This document shows, one piece after another, positions 1-8,489 of a stretch of 32,000 nt of DNA (within the stretch, counting starts at the first letter, position 1; every line of letters starts with the position of its first letter). The notes under the pieces are model-generated. The model was given only the letters and a program-made list of their open reading frames with translations. It did not search any database and was not told the origin of the DNA. This DNA is from Nostoc punctiforme PCC 73102. GTDB lineage: Bacteria > Cyanobacteriota > Cyanobacteriia > Cyanobacteriales > Nostocaceae. The position numbers and the translations under genes were made by a program. The stretch is taken from NCBI RefSeq assembly GCF_000020025.1, contig NC_010632.1, positions 210,001 to 242,000 of the forward strand. Direction: 5' to 3'.

Positions 1-1
1 A

Positions 2-244
2 TTAGTTAAAACACAGCAAACAATTAACCAAATTCGAGGCGGTATTGTTGTCGCTATTAAAAGTGGATGGATTCTTCAGCAAGATGAACTACACCAGCGC
101 TTGCAAAAGTTAATTGGTTATTTACAAGCAGGTGATGACATTTCTACTGCTACTAATAAGGCTTCTGTCTCTGAAGACTTAGTTAACAAATTAATTGCTT
201 TGAATAATAATTCTGATAACTTAAGACAAGGTAATAGTTTATGA
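2..244 (+). CDS. 3' end of a gene truncated by the window edge (80 codons, unknown function)
   Basis: Frame 2 is open from the window edge to TGA 242-244 (LVKTQQTINQIRGGIVVAIKSGW...RQGNSL*). The stop overlaps ATG 241 of the next gene (ATGA), suggesting translational coupling. It is absent from the ORF track because it has no start codon in the window. Confidence 0.5.
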   Translation, partial: LVKTQQTINQIRGGIVVAIKSGWILQQDELHQRLQKLIGYLQAGDDISTATNKASVSEDLVNKLIALNNNSDNLRQGNSL

Positions 245-1440
245 AATCATCTTTTCGCCTCAATGATAACGCCTTACGTTACCTAATCTTTTTTAGTTTA
301 GTAGGTAGCTTATTGATTCATAGTTTCATAAGATATGAGCTATTGAACTCTTTTGTAGGCTTTTTGCTGCCCAAGGCTTCAGCACAAGTACCCATTGTAA
401 ATTCTCCTAATGGGTTTACTCCTGATTGGTCGCGCTTTCGTTTTAGCGACATGATTATTTCTGTAAGTAGCAGTGTTACCTACCCAGGCACAAAAGGTAC
501 AGAAAGCAGAACTTGGACGGCAGGACAAAGCATTAGCGAGTTTATGGAACTGGGAGATTTTGAAACACCTCAATTAGCAATAGAAAATTTAAATCTCTCA
601 ATCATAGCTTCAGCACAAGGAATCAATTTAAGTGGGTTAACATTAGATGATTTTCAATTAACCCAATGGCAAACTTTACCATCTTTAACCGAAGCGATTC
701 CTGGCTTAGGTAATAGAAATGTTACAAGTGTTAAACCTGTGAGCGATTTTTTGAGAAGATTTGGAATTACTGGGGGCACAATCGGTAACGCCAGCCGAAA
801 TTCTCGTTTACGTGACGTTCCATTAGGAAGAGTAATAAATTTAAAAAATTACTCACTAACATCTATTTTCGACATTGAAAACACATCTATTAATAGATTT
901 GGAAATTGGCAAGACTCCAAAATTAATGGAGTACCTGGACTATCAACTTTGACATGGGATAATTTGCCAGGACTACGAACACTTGACCTTTCATTTGTTG
1001 CCAAAGTTGATCTGCCATTGGGAGATATTGAAGCTAACCGCACACGCTCCATATCTGGTAGCTACCAAGATGGCTTTAATGTTCCCTGTCTACAAAATAA
1101 TTGCGCTCATACGGAAATGTCAGGCATTGGTAAGACTACTGGAACACAGTGGATATCTGGGAAATCCCAAAAGGTTAATGGTGGATTTGGCATTTTAAAA
1201 GCTCTCAATGGTGGTAAAGAGCCTACTGGTCGAAACCCCTTTGGCTCCAGCTTTAAGCAAGTAGTTTGGAATATTGATGAAGGCAGTGGTTCTGTCGAGA
1301 CTACTATGTTTTTCCGTATCTGCAAAACCATCCCCTTCATTGGTCGCACTTGCAGCCCCTACTTCATAGGGCCTGTACCTTTTATTGCCTACCAGGAGAA
1401 AGACCCTATCGTTCTTGGTCAACCTAATTCTTTACCTTAA
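241..1440 (+). CDS. Hypothetical membrane-anchored or secreted protein (399 aa) in the transfer operon
   Basis: Long ORF with an N-terminal hydrophobic segment (LRYLIFFSLVGSLLIHSF). It is tightly packed between the upstream ORF (ATGA overlap) and the coupling-protein gene (TAA 1438-1440, then ATG 1442). I recognise no catalytic motif. Confidence 0.6.
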   Translation: MKSSFRLNDNALRYLIFFSLVGSLLIHSFIRYELLNSFVGFLLPKASAQVPIVNSPNGFTPDWSRFRFSDMIISVSSSVTYPGTKGTESRTWTAGQSISEFMELGDFETPQLAIENLNLSIIASAQGINLSGLTLDDFQLTQWQTLPSLTEAIPGLGNRNVTSVKPVSDFLRRFGITGGTIGNASRNSRLRDVPLGRVINLKNYSLTSIFDIENTSINRFGNWQDSKINGVPGLSTLTWDNLPGLRTLDLSFVAKVDLPLGDIEANRTRSISGSYQDGFNVPCLQNNCAHTEMSGIGKTTGTQWISGKSQKVNGGFGILKALNGGKEPTGRNPFGSSFKQVVWNIDEGSGSVETTMFFRICKTIPFIGRTCSPYFIGPVPFIAYQEKDPIVLGQPNSLP

Positions 1441-1441
1441 A

Positions 1442-3181
1442 ATGAGCAAATCTTTCAAAATAAATAGCGCTAATCCTCAAGGATTTCGATTTGAGCGATT
1501 ACAAAATCATAATGACGCAATTGGCAAGTACACTCACTCTCTTTTCACCCCCAATGGACTAACAGTTTTGTCCTTACTTGGTGCTTATATTTTGATGAGG
1601 GTATTTTTTGGCGATGGTAACAAAAAGAAAATCGCTACCTCTTATTGGGGTGGTGGTAAAGAAACTGCTACTGCTCAGAAAAAAGCCATCTTGCAAATCG
1701 TCAATCCCCAATGTGATAGTGCGGCACTTTACATTGGTAAGCATCAGGGAAAAGGTGGTGGCGCTACTTTCTATATACCTGACGTGCAACGAGGTACAGC
1801 CGTCATCGGCGCTCCCGGTAGTGGAAAAACATTCAGCGCCATCAACCCGATGATTTACTCGGCAATTGATCAGGAATTTCCATGTATAGTTTATGACTTC
1901 AAATACCCATCTCAAGCGAAAGTTGCTGCTTATGCTAAATATAAGGGCTATGATGTTCACATCTTTGCACCGGGATTTCCTGAATCTGAAGTCTGCAATC
2001 CTCTAGATTTTCTCCGGGATAGTAGTGATGCCGAATCGTCCCGACAAATTTCTACTGTTATCAATAAGAATTTCCGACTTCTGGGCAATTCAACTGAAGA
2101 CGGTTTCTTCGGCCCATCTGGTGATCAGTTGACTCAGGCAATTCTGATGTTAGCTAAAGAATTCGGTCAATTCGCAGATGTTATGACTTGCGCCGCGATA
2201 CTTTCTAGCGAACAAATGGTCAAACGCCTCATGGCTGCTTCTCTCAATCCTTGGGTAAAAATTGCTTTTGGGCAACTGTTCAGCTCTGCTGCATCTGAAA
2301 AAACTGTTGCAGGCATTGTTGCTACCGCCAGTATCATGTTCACTCGCTTTATGGCGAAAAACACACTAGGCTGCTTCATTGGAAAGACGACTTTACCTTT
2401 AGAAATTAAAGGTAAGCAAATGATTATCTTTGGGTTGGACAGAGAACGCCGAGATGCAGTAGGGCCTCTCATGACCAGCATTTTACACATGACCATCGCC
2501 CGAAATATTGCTTCTCGCCGGAAAGATCCACTGATCGTTGCACTGGATGAATTACCGTCTATTTATCTGCCTGATTTATATAGATGGCTGAATGAATCTC
2601 GTTCTGAGGGCTTCTGCGGTATTATCGGCTTCCAAAATATGGGGCAGCTTGAGAAGAACTACGGTAAGGATATTGCTAAAGCTATCCTTGGTGCTTGCAG
2701 CACTAAATTCATTTTTAATCCTGGTGAGAACGAGTCGGCGCAATTGTTTTCCAGCTTCTTAGGTGATGAAGAGATTAAGTACAAGCAAAAAAGCCGTTCT
2801 ACTGGTAGTAAAAATAATAGCACTAGTATTAGTGACCAAGAAAAAACTAGAAAGCTTTTTGAATCGGCTCAGTTTCTCAAACTAATTGCTGGTAAATGTG
2901 TTTTTATTAATCCGGCTTATGCCAATAAAAAGGAGGGGTCTGTTCCTTTACTCAAAACCATCAAAATTAATGAGTCACTCAAAAATATTGATAAATACAA
3001 TCAACTTAAATGGGCAAGGATTGTCAGTTTATTAGCTAGAAAGAGTACACAGAAGTTTCCCTCTGGGCAAGATTTAGCTTTGCGAGTTAGGCAAGTTGAT
3101 TCACGCTTCCCCATTCCCCAAAACTCTCAAGTTTCTAATCCTAATCTAACATCACAAGATGTTGACACTATGGTTTTCTAA
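1442..3181 (+). CDS. Type IV secretion coupling protein (TraG/VirD4/TraD-type T4CP)
   Basis: N-terminal TM segment (LTVLSLLGAYILMRVFF). Walker A GAPGSGKT at 1808-1831. Walker B-like LIVALDELPS. The GFQNMGQLEKNYGKD block is typical of TraG/VirD4 coupling ATPases. I prefer ATG 1442 (MSKSFKINS), one nt after the upstream stop, over the track start at 1385, which overlaps the previous gene. Confidence 0.85.
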   Translation: MSKSFKINSANPQGFRFERLQNHNDAIGKYTHSLFTPNGLTVLSLLGAYILMRVFFGDGNKKKIATSYWGGGKETATAQKKAILQIVNPQCDSAALYIGKHQGKGGGATFYIPDVQRGTAVIGAPGSGKTFSAINPMIYSAIDQEFPCIVYDFKYPSQAKVAAYAKYKGYDVHIFAPGFPESEVCNPLDFLRDSSDAESSRQISTVINKNFRLLGNSTEDGFFGPSGDQLTQAILMLAKEFGQFADVMTCAAILSSEQMVKRLMAASLNPWVKIAFGQLFSSAASEKTVAGIVATASIMFTRFMAKNTLGCFIGKTTLPLEIKGKQMIIFGLDRERRDAVGPLMTSILHMTIARNIASRRKDPLIVALDELPSIYLPDLYRWLNESRSEGFCGIIGFQNMGQLEKNYGKDIAKAILGACSTKFIFNPGENESAQLFSSFLGDEEIKYKQKSRSTGSKNNSTSISDQEKTRKLFESAQFLKLIAGKCVFINPAYANKKEGSVPLLKTIKINESLKNIDKYNQLKWARIVSLLARKSTQKFPSGQDLALRVRQVDSRFPIPQNSQVSNPNLTSQDVDTMVF

Positions 3182-3221
3182 TATCGGGTTTTTATATCAA
3201 GCACATAATGAGATAACAATT

Positions 3222-3713
3222 ATGAAAATAATGATTGAAGAACTGAAGATTGATAATTTTGGCTTCATTGAAACTTTATCCCAACAGTATATTCTCGCCA
3301 ATGGTAGTTTTATTGATATTAATCATCCCCTGCCTCAGATTATTGATGACTTTAATACCTTATCTGGTACTAGACCAAAGCTGAGAAATTTAGGCATATA
3401 TAATCTCATCAGTTTAAAAAACATTTATATTCAACTAAACCAAGAAGCTTGCCTGAAAATTGTTGACCAATATATTCACGGTATCGGCTGGCATGATTTG
3501 CAGTATATCTGTTTTTTAGATATTCAATCTAGCAATATTTATATTCATATTATTTTTAATCGCGTTACACCCCAAGGTAAGCTCATCGATATCAAATGCT
3601 TGGGGGCTAACTGGCAACAATATGAGGTTCTGCGCCAATCTTGTTCTCTGGTCATCGACAACCCCGTTCATAACAAATATTTGCAAAGACGATTCTGCAA
3701 CTGTTGTGGTTAA
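3222..3713 (+). CDS. Small relaxase-fold (MobA/VirD2-type relaxase domain-like) protein with a degenerate His triad
   Basis: GIYNLISLKN...LNQEACLKIVDQYIHGIGWHDLQYICFLDIQSSNIYIHIIFNRVTPQGKLID is collinear with the relaxase/mobilisation nuclease pattern (vyHlilSf ... lg..d.qyv.a.H.Dtd.pH.Hiv.NRv...Gk). Most of the conserved His positions are substituted (N, L, N/Y). Start taken at ATG 3222 (MKIMIEEL); the track start at 3159 overlaps the T4CP gene. Confidence 0.45.
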   Translation: MKIMIEELKIDNFGFIETLSQQYILANGSFIDINHPLPQIIDDFNTLSGTRPKLRNLGIYNLISLKNIYIQLNQEACLKIVDQYIHGIGWHDLQYICFLDIQSSNIYIHIIFNRVTPQGKLIDIKCLGANWQQYEVLRQSCSLVIDNPVHNKYLQRRFCNCCG

Positions 3714-3734
3714 ACAAGAATGTAAGAGGGGAAG

Positions 3735-3801
3735 CTCTTGAGGCTCTTGAAGCAGGGGGCAAGGGGGGCAGGGGAGCAGGGGAGCAGGGGAGCAGGGGGA
3801 G
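3735..3801. repeat. G-rich left arm of a long inverted repeat enclosing the four-helix-bundle gene
   Basis: CTCTTG twice (3735-3740, 3744-3749), then GCAGGGGGCAAGGGGGGCA and tandem 8-mers GCAGGGGA (about 3768-3800). It is complementary to the C-rich arm at 4249-4334. Confidence 0.8.
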
Positions 3802-3840
3802 AAAGAGATTGTTTAATAAATAGAAGATACAAGGAAAGAA

Positions 3841-4248
3841 ATGAATAAACAGGCTATTAAAGATCATAAGGATTTAGAAGTTTATAAAATGGCATTTGAT
3901 ACAGCTATGCGGATTTTTGAACTTTCTAAAAGTTTCCCGATAGAAGAAAGATATTTATTAACAGATCAAATTCGTAGATCATCCCGTTCTGTATGTGCAA
4001 ATTTTGCAGAGGCATGGAGAAAACGGCGATACCAAGCAGCATTTGTAGCTAAATTAAATAACTGTGTTCGCGGAGCGTGTCGCAGACAAGCAGAGTCAGC
4101 AGAAACTCAAACTTGGATTGAGTTTGCTGTTAAATGCAACTATCTTAATGTTGAATCTGGCAGAGAATTGTATGGAGCCTATAATCGCATTCTTGGTGGT
4201 TTAGTCAACATGATTAATAATCCATCACCTTGGCTAATAAAACATTAG
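3841..4248 (+). CDS. Four-helix-bundle protein (23S rRNA intervening-sequence protein / Avd-like family)
   Basis: HKDLEVYKMAFDTAMRIFELSKSFPIEERYLLTDQIRRSSRSVCANFAEAWRKR...AETQTWIEFAVKCNYL matches the family pattern (dL.vyq.A..l...iy.l...fP.eEry.L.dQirRaa.Si..NiAEg..r ... E..t.l.fA....yl). Confidence 0.85.
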   Translation: MNKQAIKDHKDLEVYKMAFDTAMRIFELSKSFPIEERYLLTDQIRRSSRSVCANFAEAWRKRRYQAAFVAKLNNCVRGACRRQAESAETQTWIEFAVKCNYLNVESGRELYGAYNRILGGLVNMINNPSPWLIKH

Positions 4249-4334
4249 CTCCCCCTGCCCCCCTGCCCCCTGCTCCTCCTCTCCCCCTGCTCCTCCTCTC
4301 CCCCTGCTCCCCCTGTCCCCTGTACTCACAAGAG
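4249..4334. repeat. C-rich right arm of the inverted repeat enclosing the four-helix-bundle gene
   Basis: CTCCCCCTGCCCCCCTGCCCCCTGCTCCTCCTCTCCCCCTGCTCC...CCCCTGT followed by CAAGAG (4329-4334). This is the reverse complement of the left arm, including its CTCTTG motif. Confidence 0.8.
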
Positions 4335-4357
4335 GCAATCCTTACACCCTAATAAAT

Positions 4358-7300
4358 ATGTTTGACGAAAGGCATTTACAACTAAGTTCTGCTTATGCTC
4401 ATAGCAGTGAGTATTTTATCCGTAATGTGATTTATCCTCTAGCTAAATATATTGATGAATATATTAAGCAGAAAGTTGAAGCTTCTATTAATAAAAGGCT
4501 GTATTGGGAGCAGGGGAAACAGACTTATGCCATGAGTCGGGATGAAAACGGTGGGTGGAAGTGGGAGAAATATGACCCCAAGGCTAATCAGTTTGTGTCT
4601 CCACCGGTAAGCGTTCAGAAGCAAGCAGCTTCTTCGCTTGCAGAAGCTGTATCTCAGTATGCAAGAATTCCTCGCTCTGAGATAGTGGTAGAAGACACTA
4701 CACAATATACCGAAGATTCTATTACTCAACCGATAAAAGCTCAAACAGAGAAAATAAATTATTTTGCCAAATCTTTAGGTCTAAAAATTAAAGCTGACCA
4801 TCAAACCTTTGTTGCTAATGTCAAAAGTAATGGCAAAATCGGTTTCTCACTAATTGATGATAAAATTAATAAAATAATTCCTGACAACAGATTTGCCGTC
4901 GAAATTCAAGCAGATGTCAATAAATACTTAGCCGAGTCTTTTACAGCATTAAATATTAATATAAAGGCGCTTAATAGAATTGAGGAAAACTTTGTTTATC
5001 AGCTAGATAAAGAGATTAATAATTATTTAAAAGATTGTTTGACTAGCTTTTTGTCTCCTATTGAGGCAAGTAATGTGAAAAAAGACAATCAAAATAACCA
5101 ATTAAATTCACAAGCTCAAGATATTCCCTCAGCCCCCGCACACATAGATACGCAGCACTGGCAAGAACTAGTAGGAAAAAGTGGGATCGCCCCTGGCATT
5201 GCCGAGATGAACTTTAAAAGTTTGCACATTGACCCGATAGAACAGGAGCATCTTGCATGGGAACATCTGTTGTACAGCAACAATATCAAACGCCTCAATA
5301 CAGGGCAATTATCTAAGGGGTGGCGTGACGCATATTCTCATATCGAAGCTGGTGGTTGGTGGTGTAAGTCTGGTGTAGACCCCGCCCAATTCGAGCAGTT
5401 AGCACCAGCAACACAATCAAGTTGGAAAGCCTGGGGGTGCTATAAGCCCAATCAACCGCGACCAAAAACGGAGAATAAAGATGGTAAATCTGTAGTGATT
5501 CCAGGGAAATTTACCAAATATGAACATCCACCAGGAGTTGAAAAAAGTATCTTTCTACTTGATGTCCCAGACGATATTGCACAAGGTATTTACCAAAAAG
5601 CGCAAGTTAATCCCACCGATAGCGATCGCAAAAGTAGCTTTTGGTACTGTGTTTGGAAGCACAATATCCCAGTCAGCATTACTGAGGGAGCCAAAAAAGC
5701 AGCTAGTCTGTTAAGCCAAGGTGATGCAGCAATTGGATTAGCAGGAATTAACGGCGGCTACTATAAAACTAAGAAGCTTGAAAATCCTGTTGAGAATAAA
5801 ATTAATACAAAGGAAAGTGAGCAGGGTGCAACACTTGCTGCCATAGAGTCAGATGAAACTAAGGCTATTGATGACAACGAAATTGAAGTACTGGAAAATC
5901 AAGCACCCGACGACGAAATTGACAACAAGAGTGCAAAAAGTAATGCTACTCACTTTTTGCATCCTGAGTTAGCAGTTTTTGCTACTACAGGGCGAGAGTT
6001 CAAAATCTGCTTTGATTTTGATAGCAGCATCAAAACCAAGAACAATGTTGATGCTGCCACTTTGCGTACTGGACAATTGCTAGAGGAGGCGGGTTGCAAA
6101 GTGAGTGTGATTTCCCTACCTGGGCCAGATAAAGGTGTGGATGATTATATCGTCGCTCAAGGGAGTGAAGCTTTTGCCCTGTTACAGTCCCAAGCTTTAC
6201 CCTTAGAACAATGGGATGATTTGCGCCATCTGGAATCACGCTCAACTATCAAGCTCAAAGATGGTACAACCAAGAAAGTTGGCGACAAAAATCAGGCTGC
6301 TGCAATTGCACAAGAGATTGTCTCACCAGACAACGAATCTCAGCAAGAGAATTTAATTGCTCAAACACCTTCCTCATCTGTTAATCAACCAGCACAAGAA
6401 AACAAATCTCCTGATGAAAGTTCCAAAGCGCTTGCATCCGAGCTAAATATTTCGCTATGTAATCTCCAGGTTAAGACTTCTTCATCATCTGCTAAATCTA
6501 GTCAACTACAACAGCAACCTTCATCAGCAAATCAAAGAACTTCATTCGCATCTAACGCAAGACAACAACACAACGATACTGTTGCCCCAGTATCGACCGA
6601 CAACAAGCAATCTCCGCCATTAGATACCACAACCCAGAATCAATCAGCCTCTCAAAATCAACAACCAACCAACACAACCACCCAGTTATCAACACAGCAA
6701 ACAGAAATTAATGCTGGTTCATCTAGCTGGTTTCCTTGGAAGAGGAAGAAACCAATAAATGAAACTCCTCCCCTAAAACCAATTCCGAATTGGGCTAAGA
6801 CGCAGGATGTTACCCTTTACCAACGCAACTACCGACGACGACAACTTGAGGATACAGAAAATCAAGCGATGGCACAGGCGGCTGTTGCCTTAGTCAAAAA
6901 ATATGGTGTGGAAACTAAAGACAATCAGCTAACTTACCAAGCCGATGCTTTCATTATTAACAAAAAAGGCGAAGATTACACTATTTACCGTCGCCACGAT
7001 AATAAGCCGTTGATGACCTTCATGGCAGATCGTTGGAGCCAGGTGCGACGGGTGAATCTGGCTCAAGATTTTAATACCAAAAATTATCCGATTAATATCC
7101 TGCCTGTTGAGAGGCAAGAATTTTTGTTGATCGCAGATTATCTCAAATCTGGTAAACAATTACCTTCAGTCGATGATGACCCACGTAAAATTGCTTCTGT
7201 CTTGAGTTCGGTTTCACCTAGTGGCACACACAATATTTTAGAAAGTTTCAAACAACCTCAAGTGTTACAAGTGATGATGGGTGCTATCCGAAACTTCGAG

Positions 7301-8467
7301 AAAGATGACTTAACCTTGGATAATTACCGCATTCTCTTCCAGCAAGGAGCGGGTGGCAAATCTACACTACAGCTATTCAAAACTGAACTTGGGGGTCTGC
7401 AAAGGGAAGCCGTAAGATTTGAATTTGAGCGTACTGAAACTGGGATGACTCACCAAGTCAAAGCTTTGGCTATCACTGAAGCTGATTTGGAAAAGTTGGG
7501 TTTGCTGTCCCAAAAACTACATATTAATTACAAAACATTATTTGGCAACCCGACAGACACCCGTAATATCGACTTGCCCGTTCATCCCGAAATTACCCGT
7601 AATTTAGACGAGGAGCAGTCACACCAATCTACTCAATCTACGCCCAACGTAACAGATCGCAAGACACAATCAAACCCACAAGAAGCAAGTTTTAATTTTC
7701 CAAAACAACAGAACGCTGTATCACACTCAACTACACCAACACCTAACAGCACAACACCATCACAACCAAATTTTTCTTCTAACTTAGATAAAGTTTTACT
7801 ACCACTACATCCAGTTTTGAAACAGTATTGGGAGCAGTTAGAAAAAGATGGTTCAAGTCATGAGACTGTAGTGCAAGGACATTTAGAATTTCAATCTAAA
7901 ATTCAGCAAACTGGAAAGTTAACTGTTGGTGAACAGCGTGAACTTTACCAGCAAATTCAAAACCAAGCCTGGAGTGAGATAAATCACTTTCGGCGTACTG
8001 ATATTGTGCTTCCACCATTAGCCCACATTGTTAATGATTTGCGATCGCAGGCTTTTCAAGAACCACAGCCACAGTTTTCTTCTGAAGAGAAGCGTGATAC
8101 ACTCGTGCCTCTTCACCCTGACATCGCCTCTCATTGGCACGGTTTAGAAACTAATAAAACTTGGTCTAGTGTTGCCAATCAGTACAACAACCCTTTGCGG
8201 GAAAAACTTTCAAAAACTGGCAAGCTGACTATTGGGGAGCAACGTGAACTTTACCAGAAAATTTTCCTTCAAAGTCAATTCGAGCAGCAGAACATTGGGC
8301 AAACGAATATCTCACTTCCTCCTTTGAATGATGTGATTCAGGATTTGCTCAATACTCGTAGCCAGGTTATTAACAATACCTATACCCCCAAGGTTGAAGT
8401 ACATTCCCAAAAATCTCGCACTCCACAACAACCTACTACCACTAATTCACAAGAATTAGAATTGTAA
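4358..8467 (+). CDS. Large DUF3854/Toprim-domain protein (primase-like; plasmid replication or transfer), 1369 aa
   Basis: Residues ~270-610 (nt ~5156-6180) follow the cyanobacterial DUF3854 pattern: GGWWC, YKPNQPRP, KFTKYEHPPG, a Toprim Glu block ITEGAKKAASLLSQGDAAIGLAGINGG (5679-), FKICFDFD, and a DxD block KGVDDYI (6134-6148). Long Q/S/T/N-rich linkers follow, then two tandem ~85-aa C-terminal modules (7796-8050, 8102-8365). I see no helicase or P-loop motif. Confidence 0.7.
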   Translation: MFDERHLQLSSAYAHSSEYFIRNVIYPLAKYIDEYIKQKVEASINKRLYWEQGKQTYAMSRDENGGWKWEKYDPKANQFVSPPVSVQKQAASSLAEAVSQYARIPRSEIVVEDTTQYTEDSITQPIKAQTEKINYFAKSLGLKIKADHQTFVANVKSNGKIGFSLIDDKINKIIPDNRFAVEIQADVNKYLAESFTALNINIKALNRIEENFVYQLDKEINNYLKDCLTSFLSPIEASNVKKDNQNNQLNSQAQDIPSAPAHIDTQHWQELVGKSGIAPGIAEMNFKSLHIDPIEQEHLAWEHLLYSNNIKRLNTGQLSKGWRDAYSHIEAGGWWCKSGVDPAQFEQLAPATQSSWKAWGCYKPNQPRPKTENKDGKSVVIPGKFTKYEHPPGVEKSIFLLDVPDDIAQGIYQKAQVNPTDSDRKSSFWYCVWKHNIPVSITEGAKKAASLLSQGDAAIGLAGINGGYYKTKKLENPVENKINTKESEQGATLAAIESDETKAIDDNEIEVLENQAPDDEIDNKSAKSNATHFLHPELAVFATTGREFKICFDFDSSIKTKNNVDAATLRTGQLLEEAGCKVSVISLPGPDKGVDDYIVAQGSEAFALLQSQALPLEQWDDLRHLESRSTIKLKDGTTKKVGDKNQAAAIAQEIVSPDNESQQENLIAQTPSSSVNQPAQENKSPDESSKALASELNISLCNLQVKTSSSSAKSSQLQQQPSSANQRTSFASNARQQHNDTVAPVSTDNKQSPPLDTTTQNQSASQNQQPTNTTTQLSTQQTEINAGSSSWFPWKRKKPINETPPLKPIPNWAKTQDVTLYQRNYRRRQLEDTENQAMAQAAVALVKKYGVETKDNQLTYQADAFIINKKGEDYTIYRRHDNKPLMTFMADRWSQVRRVNLAQDFNTKNYPINILPVERQEFLLIADYLKSGKQLPSVDDDPRKIASVLSSVSPSGTHNILESFKQPQVLQVMMGAIRNFEKDDLTLDNYRILFQQGAGGKSTLQLFKTELGGLQREAVRFEFERTETGMTHQVKALAITEADLEKLGLLSQKLHINYKTLFGNPTDTRNIDLPVHPEITRNLDEEQSHQSTQSTPNVTDRKTQSNPQEASFNFPKQQNAVSHSTTPTPNSTTPSQPNFSSNLDKVLLPLHPVLKQYWEQLEKDGSSHETVVQGHLEFQSKIQQTGKLTVGEQRELYQQIQNQAWSEINHFRRTDIVLPPLAHIVNDLRSQAFQEPQPQFSSEEKRDTLVPLHPDIASHWHGLETNKTWSSVANQYNNPLREKLSKTGKLTIGEQRELYQKIFLQSQFEQQNIGQTNISLPPLNDVIQDLLNTRSQVINNTYTPKVEVHSQKSRTPQQPTTTNSQELEL

Positions 8468-8489
8468 TCAACAGTTGTCAATTACACTT

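Noticed and set aside
1385-1441. Upstream start (1385) for the coupling-protein ORF
   Set aside because: It would overlap the preceding gene by 56 nt. ATG 1442 directly follows the upstream stop and precedes the expected N-terminal TM region.
3652-3867. Track ORF (minus strand, 71 aa, PLPPLPPASRASRAS...) across the G-rich arm
   Set aside because: It is simply the translation of the GCAGGGGA repeat arm of the inverted repeat. It has low complexity, sits antisense between two convincing genes, and has no start context.
4066-4092. Locally GC-rich patch (gttcgcggagcgtgtcgcagacaagca) inside the four-helix-bundle gene, as a possible micro-insertion
   Set aside because: It is in frame, and I cannot verify the family's typical length here without an alignment. 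The evidence is too weak to report as a feature.
3841-4248. Possibility that the four-helix-bundle gene marks a diversity-generating retroelement (Avd)
   Set aside because: Avd belongs to the same fold family, but I see no reverse transcriptase ORF (no YxDD-type motif) and no template/variable repeat pair anywhere in the window. The IVS-like stem context explains the gene better.
379-8467. Short antisense or alternative-frame ORFs within 241-8467 (e.g. 379-573, 849-1052, 983-1198, 1107-1349, 1195-1422, 1574-1960, 1608-1853, 2167-2496, 4439-4744, 5116-5298, 5520-5714, 6030-6245, 6929-7159)
   Set aside because: All are nested in longer, better-supported ORFs. None has recognisable motifs or sensible start contexts.
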